A stretch of DNA of 64,000 bases from Botryllus schlosseri. Its lineage: Eukaryota. Positions 34,780 to 49,054 of this stretch are shown here, piece after piece (the stretch's first letter is position 1; each line of letters begins with the position of its first letter). The notes beneath the pieces are model-generated. The model did not search any database. It was not told the origin of the DNA and saw only the letters and a list, made by a program, of their open reading frames with translations. The stretch is taken from contig CM119383.1 in the NCBI GenBank assembly GCA_051294905.1, forward strand, positions 7,564,001-7,628,000, read 5' to 3'. The position numbers were made by a program, and so were the translations under genes.

Positions 34780-35589
34780 CATGGGCGTAACAGCACTTCG
34801 TCAGCCCCCCCCCTAAAAAAAAAACGTTGGTCTTGGGCCCCCCATATGGTGATAAACCGAACTTCTCTGCTCACGTAATCAGATTTACCGGTAGAGCTGA
34901 GTGAGGTGTTTTTGAAACTCTAGAGTCCGTAACTAATAATTGAACATCTTCGGGCGGGCGGACCCGTTGGTATGACTTCGTTACATGATGTTATTTCGTG
35001 ACCTCCTGTCTGCTATATAAAAAATATAGAATCGCCCAAATGTACTAAACTGAAGGATCACACGATTTCAGATTGGTATTTCTTCACTGGCATGTAATGT
35101 TTTCCTGCGGGGTGGTATTTGTCTTGTGAGGTTCGGATTGCCAAGACAGGAACATTCGGCGCCAGTTATTTAGGCGCCTATATAGACAAAGTAACCGATA
35201 TGTATATTGTATATATAACGAAGTTTTCGGTCAGCATAAGGGCAGTCATTTACGGCAAAGGTTTTCTCGCTGCCGATCGTTATGGCACACTTCTTGGAGT
35301 CGCATGGCCTAAAATTTTATATGTGTTGTTGCGTCGTAGCGCGGTAATGGCCAACGCCGATATGTCCATTTCTATAAATCTTGCATATTTTTTCTTGAGA
35401 TAAGAGTTCCCAATAATCAAGATATTTGGCGACTTGAAATCGCGCCGAGCGCGAAAATTCTTTGAAAAAGTTGCATAAATTTTCTCAAAATACTCTATAA
35501 TTTATGCCAATTCACGAAATAATTTTGGGCCCTCTTCGAGCTCGCCCCCCCCCACTAGGGGGATTTGGGGTGCGGCAGTTACGGCCCTG
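34780..35589 (+). mobile_element. hAT-type MITE, family CAGGGCCGTAAC (810 bp)
   Basis: Perfect TSD CGTGGATT. Confidence 0.9.
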
Positions 35590-36772
35590 CGTGGATTTAT
35601 AAGCGCCAGCGCATTCTTTAGCGATATCGCAAATTACAGCAGCAGTAATAAACTTCTGGCTTCATTGCGAACCGTGACGACTCAGTGTGACCAAGCTCCA
35701 AAATTTCAATTCTAGTGGTAAAAGCGATGCGAAAAAACGCTTAACTTGTCGAAGTTAAATTCGACGGCGAAAAAGATTGTACCTCGATAGAAAATCAAGT
35801 GAAGTGAGAAAGAATACTTCGGATTATTGAATAACTATAATCCAAAGTATTGTTGCATAAAATGAATATCGAGGACGAATTTAGGGTAACCCGTATCCCC
35901 CTCTCCCAGATTAGGTGATCCAAAATCACTATTCAATACAATTTTTGATCTTGAGTTTCAGCTCAAAATTATTAAAAAGCTTCGACTTCAGATTTTCAAT
36001 ACGATAGTATACACAAATCATAACCTGAGCTAATGAACTATTTGCAACCCTATTTTAATTCAATCAGGGGAATTGATCCGCGACGTTAACAAAGCAGTGA
36101 TTGTTGAAAACAAGTAGGATTATTTCATCCGTCCAGATCGTAAGCTCGCAAATATTTCGATACGAAGTTGCGTAATCCTGACCTCGTGAGCGATTAGCAG
36201 AATACATTGGTCAACTATTATAGAGAAATGAGTTGCGTTGTCAGTTGTCACACGAATTGCTACATGTTCCACGTTTCGGTATGCTAGAATCGGTATTTGC
36301 GAATACTTGAACTACCGAGATTTTACGTTTCTTTTTCAAATTGCAGAGCCCGCTAAAACACCGGAAGCGTACTTGATTCATCGCCTGAACGAGCGCTATA
36401 TGCACGAGCCGGTAATAAATTATCCACTCATGCGTAATAGTGCTGCCTTGGTATAGTGGAGTAGATTACGAGAAAGTGACACCAAGATGAAAGTGCGAGA
36501 AACGCACATTCGATGCAAGGGCAGGAAGCGCAGCACGGCGGTCACGTCGCTTTCTCATTTAGCTATGTCACAATCAATCTGGAAGTCGCATCATTGCTGA
36601 ACTATATTTTTGTCCATGATATTACTGAATACCACAGCATAATAGCTTGTCGAAATCAAAAGCGCATGACTAGGCTACAGACACAGTACGCGCGCGTCCT
36701 AGTAGTCCAACTACCATTTTGATCAGCATGAATTACATGAAATCAGATTGCAGCGGACCGCAACTGTGGAAC

Positions 36773-37277
36773 TCGGGTTGCATTTAAAACAAAAATAAAT
36801 CTAAAACAAGGCCCTTGTTTAAAACATGTTCCTATTGTATTTTATTAGCAATGACGTCACGAATGATAAGTTGTGACGCCACAGTGAAAATGACATCGAC
36901 AATAATAATTAGGGTCAATATGACTCCATTGCCAAAAAGGCTTTCTTAAACGGACCAAAATATGTTTTGACCGGGTCTACATTGTAATGTAGCATTTTTA
37001 CGGTCGGTGGTCATCATCATCATCAGAACATCCATTCCGTACCAATGATGTAAAACTACTGCCCATGACTGTTGAACCGACGACGATTTCGAGAGTTATA
37101 ATCATTCATTCGGGTGAAAATCGTCCGCATACTGATACTACATGTTTTTTGAAGGTCTTTACAAAAGTATTGCATAATTATACAACTTTTGAAATGAAAA
37201 AATCACAACTTTGTTCCTTTTAAAATGGCAATGTTTTAAAACATGGTCGAACACCATTTGTTTTAAATGCAACCCTA
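36773..37277. mobile_element. hAT-type MITE, TIR TAGGGTTGCATTTAAAACAAA (505 bp)
   Basis: 21-bp TIR with one mismatch; TSD TGTGGAAC/TGTGGGAC (7 of 8); solo TIR also near 41220. Confidence 0.85.
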
Positions 37278-40200
37278 TGTGGGACAGTAAATCGATGGCT
37301 ATCCGACAGTCGTCTAGCACGTCACATTCAAGTCGAAATACAAGCAATGAATACTGGTGAAATGATGATGTTATATGATAGATTGACCTCGGCTTCCAAC
37401 GCATGCCTGTTCTTTTATTTCATCTTCTATTACTTTTCATTCAACGTGCACGCCGTGTCGTGCATGCCTTTTCTTTATGTCGCATAGGCTCGGGTGGGTG
37501 TCTGATTTCAAAAGCTACTCCAGGTCGCTTCGACATCTTCCTATCTTTTCATCGTTTCGCAATCTTGTGATGTTATTGAATGGGTAAAATTATTAACAAT
37601 AAACTCAACTCAACTCAATATGGACCCATGAAAACACATGCCGGCCTTCGATCACACTGATCTGAACTTATATAATAAAATCATCGTTTTTCGTCTGAAA
37701 TAACCAACGGAATCTCGCTGATACTACGTCATTTTCACACGATTGAATACAACCCGTTTTAACAAAGGTCGCAAGCTTCATTTTTACATTTGCCATTACG
37801 CGGATGGAGAGACGGGGTGGCACAAGTTTGAAGAATTTTCTGGATGATTCGGTGAAGATATTTCTTAGTTCACCGCAAAGGCGATTGATACGCGACAGAG
37901 CGTACATGCGTTTTACTGTAATTGATGACATGAATACAACACGCACCAGCAGCTATGAATATGTGAAAGAGCACAGAATCTGTGAATATGTATGTCGGGT
38001 GTCGGTTCGGAAATAATATGAGCAACAAAACGTTGATCGATGTTACATTTTGTAAAGTTATAAAACCAAACAGATATTCAATTATCTGACGCGCGACAAG
38101 GAGGGAAATATAGATAAACATCGCTCCACGCTATGCAATCCGAAGCAAGTCACGGTGCCACGGTTACTACTTAATTGTGATGCGTAGTAAAAGCCATGAA
38201 GCATACTCTCTAACGAATGAAAGACGTCATAAATAGTGGCTGCTTGTATGAGCTAATGACAATACACAGCGGTAACCTTGATTTTGCCATCATGCGTATA
38301 ACTGGCGTCGTGATTTTTTGACATTAAGCTCTCTCCATTCTCCATAGCCGAATCGCTAGTGCCTTCTTCGAGGCTACTAATACATCGAAGAATCCCAAGA
38401 CTTTACGACCGAGCACGATCAGAAGTTCAAGGTGAATCGTTTCACGAAATGCGACACTGCGTACGGATCAAATCCCATAGCATGGACTACATCGGGTAAC
38501 ATACATTTACATATACTCGTATAAAAACGCTAGAATTTAATTTAATGTAGTCTGAACCTGATATCCATCTGAGCACTGTTTTTTTTCTCGTTCCTACTTG
38601 GATCGTGAGAAGGCGAGTGTTTGATTTGTTGAAGGGATGGGAATATATTATATAACAATAACGGTATACTAAGATCATAATTACGACGTCTAGAAATAAC
38701 CAGAATGCGTTCGAGGGCCTAGTAATTTCGGGAATCTGAAACAAGCTACAGTTGGCTTAGAAAAGTCAAACTTTCCAAGGTATTCCTATCATAATTTTTG
38801 GCCGTAGGTCGTATAGGCGAACGCTAACATCAGCAGTACAGTACATTTTGCGACTGGAAAATTGTTAGGTTTGCACGTTCGGTTGTCACCGGTGATGAAA
38901 ATGGATCTAGGAGTTATGACTGCCCATCATAGAAGTTACGGTATTTATAGGGGATAACATTCCTAGCTACGGATCAGTAAGCATGAATCACACCCTGTAT
39001 AGTTATGTGGCTAAACGAAGAAGCCTCGCGAGCGATCAGGGTCTCAAATTCTTCAGCAATCAGTAGGGTAGATATTACACGCCTTAGTGAGATGACGTAC
39101 AGCGCACGGTACCTGATTTCCGAAAAGGCCGTACTTTTGCGTGCAAACATCCATCGCGCAACGGTGCGCGCATCCATGCGGTTTATCATGCGCGACTCCA
39201 AATAGCAGGCATGATTCACGAATCACGTTCGCATATAATACCCCGTACTTATATCAAGGAAGAAGACCCCGCCCTTTGCTTTAATCTCCCAAATATCACA
39301 TGCAGCGTTACCGCACAGTACGCTGTTCTGACGGATTGCGGATGATTCACAACACATAAATAGTGGCATTGTATCGGAATAAAATATAGCACAACACGGA
39401 CCTAGCTACTAAACTTTTTATATTTTTATTGTCTAGTTTTTGATAAATTCGCAATATTCGCGAGTGGAAGTGGCAAGAAACCAAAAGAAACTAGATTCTG
39501 TTTTTGACTTTATTGAATTGTTTTTTTTTCACATGAATTCGTGATTAAAAATAAAATAGCCCCATTGACCTCACATGCCGGTGGTCGTATAGCGGACATA
39601 CCGGCAATGAAGTTTTAACTATTTATGTGAAAGTACTGCTGGCCGTGTCACTATTCTATTTTTGTGACGGCCGGTTTGTCTATTCAAATTGTATATATCT
39701 CGAACAACTGCCCTACCTCCGCCGCATGGGTTTGCATAGTTCATCCGTGCATTCATATGAATTATTTGATAATTTGATCCGACAACTTGTATCAAGGAAC
39801 GCAATTTCGAAACTTATTGAACCGGTCCGTTAACCACTGATTGTTGAGGAGTGTATTCTATCATTCTTTATCGTTGTGAGGTCCTTGAGATTGGTGTCAC
39901 GTTACAAACCACTTTTTAAAGCCAAACAGTACTTATTAGCATTATATTTTGTAGTTCAATTCCAGTAACCTAATTTTATTCAGCATGAATGCTCTTTGGA
40001 AGCATCAATGACTACAAGTTCAGGAAACTTGTGAATGAGTGTTTATGCGACACCAAGGATCTATCATTATCATGCTAAAGTGGATGCGCATCAATTTGTA
40101 ATCGGAGTTGGTCGAGTGGCCATCTGGCCAATCCTGTGAGAGACAATTCCCATATATTCATCCCACATGGTATATTACTCTCTAGCGTCAATAGCGGATG

Positions 40201-43200
40201 CGCGACATCATCAATGAATTAAGGTTACGTGTTCCTGAATATGGGTTCGAAATTGGGCTAGAATAAGACGTGTAAAAAGATAATAAACACATACTTTTTC
40301 CAAACCAGCTTTGCCAACAGTCACACAAAGCGCCAATTGAAAGCACAAAGTTTGCAAAACTCAAGTCGAATGCATCCGAGTGCGGATTACGTTCGTCACC
40401 TTTCAAGCACGACAGAGCCCGACTTTTACTCAAGTGCCAGATTCCACGCCATTCAAGTAGCCATATTAAAAACGAAAAAACTCACCAACAATCGAATGCT
40501 GTCCTTCGGCGAGATGTACAATGATTGTAAATCCAAATAAAACGAGGCTCGCGGCCGGGTCCATGACAGTTTGTTATTCTATTAGACCACTCAGCCTGTA
40601 TATAGTAGAATTGCGGTGACAAATATTACTAAATAGGAAAATCTGTGAGCCGAATTTATTGCTACGTAGGCTATTAGCCCCATCGAAACACGGGCTGGTA
40701 ATGAGAAATACTGCCAGCAAACTCACTTATAGGCACTGTGGATTGCTGTGAATATCTTTACCCGATCACGATGCGTGACAAACTGCTTTTATTGCTACCA
40801 TAGCAATTGCGAGGTCCTGGGCTACGTTGATGACCTTACGACATCGCAATTATAAAGGGCGTTAAAATGTGGAAACCTTTTGTACCGTCGACTTTCACCA
40901 GTTTAAATTAAGGAACGCTATACAAACAAAAGCTCCGGGGCCCGACGTAAACGCAATCATGTTTTTATAGGTAATGTATGGTTGTATTGGTAATTAACGT
41001 TTCTACTGCAGAGTAGTGGTGGGCCAGCGAGGAAAAGATATCTATTATGTATAGGGTAATAAAAGTTGAGTCGTGCATACGCTATGCTGCTATATAAGCG
41101 CTTGCAAACCACAAGTTGCTGCATATTAACATACTAAAAATAACTTTAACCTGGACTACATCGATATGCAGCATGTTTAAACAAAGTGTTTTAGAACTCT
41201 GTTTGTTTTAAATGCAACCCCCGATGAAAGTTCTACATATCACATTCAACCGTGCCTATTTCATTGTATTTTCGTGACATTGCTGTGGGTCACGACTTCA
41301 CAGATACGTCATTTCCACTAACTTTCGCAGCGCTGCACTATACGTTCCGTACGCCGCGATACGACCAGGCATGGTTATTTTTGGGAAATAGCTTATTTTC
41401 GGCATTTTGGACCTTCTTATGAAACGGAGGTCACAAAGCATGCAGCATCCAGACTGTGCCACCAAACAGCAAGATTAAAATCCGAATTGAGAACGATTTG
41501 GGAGACCAAATTCACCCGATGCAAAATCGAGTGCTTCTGCAAATATTCTACATAGTCAATATCCGTGCAAAATCACAATACTTATGATAACAATTTGAAA
41601 GAGTTGCTGAGACGGATCATAGCCTTCACTACCCAACCTATGGTTAGAAAGAATGAGTGGCTTTTTTAATTCAATATAATATGAAAAATTATCCACCTGG
41701 TCAAGAAAAATCTAGGGCTGAATGTATTGTCTTCTATGGTACGTATCGATCGGGAGGCCTTTTGCACGATATCTGTTCTCTGATGAAACCATGCTCCTAT
41801 TAGACAACGTGACAAAAACTATCAGTGATTGAACGATGACCATGCATAGTTTTCAATCGCAAGTTAAAGGGTGAATGGAATTTAGTATATGAACATTGAG
41901 CTAAATGCAGCCTAGGTCGCGCGTGGCGGCTACATGATATAACAAAATGTATTAGCAGTGACAACAGGAAAATGCCTAGTAATTGCGCTAAAACCAAAAT
42001 TTTGTTCTCTGTATCACAGATTCCGAAATACTACCTAAACCTGTTTTTTCGGGCAGAGATCGTATACTCCCTAATCGCGTAATATCATTAATTTCCTAAT
42101 CGCTGGATGTCATCTATTTCCTAATCACTGGATTGATCAACGCACAGATTAGCCGTGAATCCAGATTTAATCGTTGGTCTTTTTGGACTCAAGCCAATGA
42201 TTTTCATTCACTTTACATTGTAGCGTTGGAATATATAGTTTGCGGACCCGCTAAGGATTCACGGACCGTAATTTAAGAATTCTGCTTTACACACTTGTTT
42301 TTTCGCTTCATACAAACTCATATCAATTCTTGTTGACATTTTTTTCAAAAACTCTCATAAAAATTTGTATTTTCGAAAAAGCTTATTTTTGGCTAACTCC
42401 AGCTTCTTGCGGTAGTATTAGCTTTCAACGAGGGTGTCGCAATGTGTAGCATAGGTTTACAATATATTTCAATTCCTTTTCGAAGACTCTCCTTCCTCAC
42501 TTATATCTCCTATTTTGAATAACATATTGGACGATCTATGCATCGAACAATTGTATATTGCGCTATCCCTTTACGTATCTGGGCTTACCTTAATTGTTAT
42601 TAAAAATCGCCGCCAGCTACGCACTCAAGTCAAAACACCCAACTGACTTCACGGGGCAGGAAATGACTCGCTATCGGTCGCTATATTCTATATATCATTT
42701 AAATATTTATGAATGTCGTTACTAGTACGGACATTGCTAATTTGCGGACTCCTGTGACCAGGCTCGCGCGATAAACAAAACAATACTCCGAATGAGGCGT
42801 TCAGTGTATATTTAATCGCCGCTAGTCCCTGTGCTGTCACTGTGTACTATATTGGAGGTATCGCGGCATAAATGGAGCCTGCAAACAAATAACTCGCGAT
42901 CTTGGGTGGATATGGTACACTTCATCGATTTTCAAGAAAAAAGTTTCCAAACAATGCAGACAATGATGGATGCAGCCTGCAACGTTTCTATGGCAACATA
43001 GTATAGGTAAGGAAAATACGCAAACGGTTCTAGGAATGGCGCTATAAAGGGAACCGAAACCGGCTTGCTTCATGCTTGAACTGCCGCATCGGGCATTTAT
43101 AACGATAATGGATATACCCACATTACACTTCGATCATTCATCGTGGCTCGGGTATGATCAGAAACTCTGCTGCATATAATATACAATACAATACACATTA

Positions 43201-44711
43201 TGCATACACGTCTGCAGCATTTTCGACATGCTCATTGCTAATAGCAGATTACCACGAAACTCTGGCAAATCCTATTACATGACGCGTAAATGTGTTCTCA
43301 TTGTATAGTGAAAAATCTGTCTGTAGTGTGTAGTGTACTGATGCTTACAGACAACAAAATGATGAAGTGCTGTTTTGGAAGCCTCACGTTAACCGCCAAA
43401 TCCTAATACGTAGCCATAGCGCATAATAATACATCCAATTAGACTCAGGAAATCATTGGAATTCACTTTTCTAGTCTGCTCTAAACATGCCATGCCCTGT
43501 TGAATTTCAACGCGTGTTATTTGGACGTTTGTTTGTAAAGGCATGTATTATTTACGACAAATTTCTGCGAAAAATTTTGCAGGGTCTAAAATTACGACAG
43601 CGCCAACTTGCTATCAGCTATATGCAGGAAAACGGCAGAAAAATTATGACATTCAAATACTTGATAACGCTCGGCGTGTCGTTCGACACGGCAACACAAA
43701 TTGCAGAGACGAGCAGATTTAATATTCATATCAAAATTATGTCCCCGATTTGAGATGCAAATCCAAGTCGAGATTCGACGTTGACTGAATTTTTCCAAAA
43801 GGTCCGATGAAAATTGAAAATTATCTGTAAATCCATATACAAATCCAGCTTTGAACTATTATTGATCTTAAACGCGACCTATTCCAAGGGTGTCGAAGGT
43901 CGAAGCTTCCCGACGGTGGGATCAGCGATGACTTCATTTGGTGTTGAAAGAATTGTTTATGGCGGGAATTAATTATTCAAAATATCTCCAGTTTCCGTCG
44001 GGTGTGCTAGGCCTGCGCATTGAATGGGGAAAAGATTTTAGTGACAGCTTATCATCACAGCGACCTATCTCGGAAACACTTTCACAATAGACCTATACGA
44101 CATATACTTAAACTATAATTACAGTTGAGTGATTTCAAGAAGTAGGTAGGCCTACAGTGGTACACTTTACTCTGCCTCAACTGGTATTGAATCTGATCTG
44201 ATAGTAACGAAGCCCACAATAGGCCTTCATTTACGCTGGTTCATAAGCTATTATTTAATGATCTACCGCGAGTACTATACGGCTCGACAGTCGACAGCTT
44301 TCCTCAAGTTAATTGTATCAACCGAAAATCATCGCTGCCAGCAACGGTGCTGTTATGTGAAGAAACGCAGGCTACGCATGGCGTTAAGGGATTTTCAGTT
44401 CAACGCATTATCTCTACATTGTGTATTTCCACTAATCTCAGGTGAGAGATGCCAAGCCTGAAAGATTGTGAGATCTCATAAAATGTCACGCTTCTTTGGT
44501 TTTGTATCAAGGTAACCGCATAACTGCAGCATCAGTATGCAGGGAACTACATCGCCGGGTTCGCAACCTGCAGCTAAGTGTGTACCAGTAAAACCGTACT
44601 TATGTCTGTAATGCTTATCGCGCAGCTTAAAATCTGGAGTGGCGTCTCTGATACGTAATTGTATGGTACAACCTTGGTGAAAACTCATCAAAACTCTGAA
44701 TACGTCCAAAG

Positions 44712-45964
44712 CAGGACCGTAACTGCCGCACCCCAAACCCCCCAATTGGGGGGGGGGTCCGAGCTCGAAGGGGGCCCAAAATTATTTTGTGAATTAGCAT
44801 AAATTATGGAGTATTTTTTGAAAATTTATGGAACTTTCCAAAAATTTTTAGCGCTACGCGCGATTTAAAGGTGTCAAATATCATGATTATTTGGTACTCT
44901 TCCCCCAAGAAAAGAGCACGCAAGATTTTTAGAAATGGACATATCGGCGTTGGCCAATACCGCGACACGACGTACCAAGACATATAACGATTTAGGACAT
45001 ATTACATGCGACTCCAAGAAGTGTGCCAGAACGACCGGCAGCGTAAAAACCTTGTCCGAAAAGGATTGCCCTTAGGTTGACCTTCTGAACCTCAGAAGAC
45101 GAATTCCATCCCGCAGGGAAAAATTACACGCCAGTGAAGAAAAACCAATTTGAAATCGCGTGCGTCTTTTAGTTTAGTACGTTAGCCCGATTCTATATTT
45201 TTTGATATAGCAGACAGGAGGTCACGAAATAACATCATGTAACGAAGTCCTACCAACGGGTCCGCCCGCCAAAGATGTTTAATTATTATTTACGGGCCCC
45301 ACAGTTTCCAAGAAACCTCCCTCAGCTCTACCGGTAAATCTGATAAAGTGAGCAGAGAGGACAAGATATTGATAGCAATATATATGCAATTCCCGATCTT
45401 ATTGATTGATTTTGTCATTAATTATCGGAATTTTTTGCGCTTCGCGCTGGATCGCTAAACAGTACGGCTAATTTCGTGGCAAAAGCGATCAACACGATGG
45501 GGGGGGGGGGGGGTCGGTTTATCATCCTATGGGAGCCCAAGACCCAAGTGTTTTGGGGACCTGATGAAGTGTTGTTTCGTTCCTGCCAACGGGTATACGC
45601 CCGAAGATTTTAATTATTATTGAGGAGTCCTACCTTTTCAAATACATCTCACTCAGCTCTACCGGTAAATCTGATTACGTCAGTAGATAGGGGATAAAAA
45701 TTGATAGCAATATATATGCAATCCCAGATGATACTGACCGATTCAATCATGAATTCGTGAAATTTTTCGCGCTTCGCGCGACTAGGCGAGAATGGGAGGC
45801 CCACTAAACGGACACCCAATATTGATGACAAGTAGCGGCGAAAAGCGGGTAGACAAGGGGGTCTGGTGGGCTATGCCCCCCAGAAGTCCGGTTTATCGCC
45901 CTATGGGGGGCCCAAGACCAACGTTTTTTTGGGGGGGGCCTGACAAAGTGCTGTTACGGCCCTG
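44712..45964 (-). mobile_element. hAT-type MITE, family CAGGGCCGTAAC, inverted (1253 bp)
   Basis: Perfect TSD GTCCAAAG; reverse-complement homologue of 27313-28623. Confidence 0.9.
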
Positions 45965-46729
45965 GTCCAAAGTAAATTTTGTTTTACCGCATTCCTATTA
46001 TACGGAGCCATCACGTACCATCTGTTACAAATTAGATTTTGATAGGTTCCTGCTATAAGTAGTATTGGTGGGGTTGACTGTACGAAACGGAGACTATATA
46101 CGGCAAAAATGAAGGGCGCGGTATAATTGTGATGATTGATATCGTGAAAATAGATATATTTGGTATTAATAATATTTGGCCCTAAATATCTAACATTGGT
46201 CTGATATTCAATGACAATAACTCAATTTATATCGTATTGATCATATATAGCATCAAGCGAACCTAAAGAATGACAGACATATTGCGCATTACTGCATACC
46301 CGTGACGGAGTATGTAGCTGACGCGGAATCGACCGTAAAACATAAATAGTAGCTGACGCGCTATAGACATAAAATAGCACAGCCTTCTTCGCACTTCCAC
46401 TTCCTACGGAAGAAAAATTTCCTTATAACTTTGGTGCAGTAACATGCTTGAATACCCAATGTACACTGTGCGCGAGATGACTAGTCAAGCAACAGCAGTT
46501 TTGTAAAAATAATGTTATGAAAACAAAAGCCCGTGAGCTATTGACTACTAAAATACCCACGAAAATGCATTACTACTCTACTAGTACGGCACACTATGGC
46601 TATATAAAAAAAATATGCCTGAATGAAGCACTGCCACATAATAAGATCGAGGCTTCCTCTACAAAGACTGCAACATACAACCGACATCCATCTACCTCGT
46701 GATAAATTGTAGCCTATAGTTCAACTGCA

Positions 46730-47227
46730 ATTTCGATTGCCTTCAAAAAAGAAGATGTTAAGACTTCGCCATTGTTGAAAACATTTTTTTGTTTTGTTTT
46801 TAGCGATGACGTCACTAATCGTTAGTTGTGAAGTTACATTGTATAGCCATTTACAATTGAAAATATATAGGGTAAATAGGGCTCCTTTAATGAAAAAGGC
46901 GCCCTACCCCTGTCATTAACGGACGAAAAATACCTTTAACCAAGACAATGTAGTGTTCTGCAGTATTTTTACGGTCGGCGGTCATCATCATCATACCAAC
47001 CATACCGTACCGATGATCCATATGTACGATTGTACGTGCTATTAAATGGTTGAACCGACGACATTTCGGGGATTCTAACCATTCCATTATGTATACGTTG
47101 ACAATATCGGCTAAAAATCGTCCGTAGGCTCATACGACGAAAGTAATTACAGAATTATGGCATTGTTGAACAACTTCAGAAAAAAGATGAGTTTTTTAAA
47201 ATACTGTTTGCTTTAAATGCAACCCTA
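46730..47227. mobile_element. Diverged copy of the 36773-37277 family (left end eroded)
   Basis: Shared internal motifs TAGC(A/G)ATGACGTCAC and TTTACGGTCGG(T/C)GGTCATCATCATCAT; right TIR TTTAAATGCAACCCTA. Confidence 0.65.
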
Positions 47228-47494
47228 TCTACGATCATGTTCGGGATGCTTTTCAACTACCGAAGCAGGTACCATACCATAAGATTCTACTGTCGTCGAA
47301 TTTTAGCGAGTAAACGAAGGTGGAGTAATTTCGAAATTGCACGATGCATCTTCACGATTAACACGTCCGGCTATAATGACACTGCGAATAGTCGTAATTT
47401 CCGAAAATACGTCAAGTCAAAGTGTTACAGTCACGATTTCGCTCGTGCCTGTGATCTAAACCAAAAAAGACGCTCTACTTGGCATACTTGAGAA

Positions 47495-47745
47495 TAATTG
47501 AATAGTATATCATATTGAAATGAACCCGAATATTTTCGGCTGACACTCGCCAGGGGTAATCGCCAGCAGCTAGCAGAGAGTTAGAAAGAACATTGCATAT
47601 CAACAATAGTATCACGAAATATGTCCTCAACATGCTGACGATTATTATCCCTGACGAGTGTCAGCCGAAAATATTCGGGCACATTTCAATATGAATATAC
47701 TATTTAACTGTATATTAAAGTTCTGTACCCCCAAGAATCTCTTCA
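47495..47745. mobile_element. Compact foldback copy
   Basis: CCCGAATATTTTCGGCTGACACTCG and its reverse complement about 100 bp apart. Confidence 0.75.
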
Positions 47746-48869
47746 AGTAAAAATAGAAGTATGAAAGGGCAAGCTGTGTGAATATACAACCATTCAAGCA
47801 AGCAGTGCAACTAGTACTAGACAAAGCCTACCCAAGTACTTCGAAGAATTGCAAGTAGCAAACTTGATCGTTAGTTACTGCATGACCACCTCCGCGGAGA
47901 TGGCAGCAGCACGAGTAGCGTGTCATGATTGCTTTGTAAAATCACAAAATATACCAAATTGCTATATAGTAAAATGGTGCTATGAAAAATACGACCTTAA
48001 AATTGATTGATTGGATAAGTAACACTCACCCAGACAGATCCATTTCGCGTAATTCCTCTCTCGCAGACGCAGCATATCCGATGGTAACGAGAGTAGTCCA
48101 TGCTGGCGGCGTTAAAGTGCAAGAAGATGGGTGCCACTTTAAATCTCACATAGCGACACTTTCCGTTGACCGGCCGACTTTGAACTACATAGTGATGTTC
48201 CCAATTTCATAGTGAAGTCATTTTCAATATTGATATATCCCTCGTCGAAGGTGGTCGCGCAATTTGTTTTATGGACCGACGACCAGTATGATCATTACCA
48301 GCGGCGATGACGAAGTTTTGCCTTTCTGGCCTTCTCTACGCACACTTCTTTTTGACTAATCATCATTCATCAACGCGTTGATAATCAAGCGTCGCAATAG
48401 TAAATAAAGCGCAAAAGCTTGACAAACACCCTTTCTCAACGTATTCCCTGCCGTTTCATTTTCACAGTGTAACCTGCCTACTCTCGGCCATCAATTTTGC
48501 CATGACGAATTCCCCAGTAGGATGAGTTGCCTTCAAACCTATAACAATATATATGGTATATATGTGCCCCGGTCTGTCATCCACCAGCAAGATATCAGAA
48601 GCACGACACAAACAGATGACTTCGGTGAAAAATTATATTGATAAAATGCGTTAGCGAATAACATATCTCAAGCTTGAAGAGATGTATATTAATAAAATTC
48701 AAGGGGCAAGTGCAATGTAGTAGAAATTAATCGGGCATAGGAAACAGGTTGTAATTTTAATCTACATCGAACATGTGCGTTCACAAATGAGAATCATAAC
48801 AAAATTCGATGCCTTGGTACTTAGGCTTAATAGCAGTCTTGCAATACATATCATTATAGATATACGTAT

Positions 48870-49027
48870 TGTGGTGATCGCTATCGTCTCATTTCGGTTT
48901 TGTTATTATTGCTTAATTGGTTGATTATCTACTGTAGTTCTGGGTATAAAACCATTGCGTTTCCATTCATTGTTTGTCTTAGTTAATAAAAGCCTTGGAT
49001 GTAAAGAGGTGTATTTGATTCACAACA
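48870..49027 (+). repeat. 5' LTR (158 bp)
   Basis: TGTGGTGATCG...GATTCACAACA; TATAAAA at 48945-48951; AATAAA at 48985-48990. Confidence 0.97.
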
Positions 49028-49028
49028 A

Positions 49029-49044
49029 TTTTATTAACTAAGAC
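49029..49044 (+). promoter_or_regulatory. Self-complementary primer-binding site (pairs with LTR 48976-48991)
   Basis: TTTTATTAACTAAGAC is the exact reverse complement of GTCTTAGTTAATAAAA; no TGG-starting tRNA PBS is present. Confidence 0.85.
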
Positions 49045-49054
49045 CTACTGAGTC

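Noticed and set aside
37668-39219. GC-richer ORF pairs at 37668-38016 and 38974-39219 as exons of a third gene
   Set aside because: No recognisable domain and no phase-consistent splice chain could be built.
44378-44590. Possible plus-strand signal-peptide exon (MALRDFQFNALSLHCVFPLIS, donor GTGAGA) and a short second exon
   Set aside because: Weak hydrophobic core, stop after 26 further codons, no other support.
48200-48335. Candidate last exon of gene B left of the LTR element
   Set aside because: Purine-rich acceptor and no motif; the frame stops after about 44 codons.
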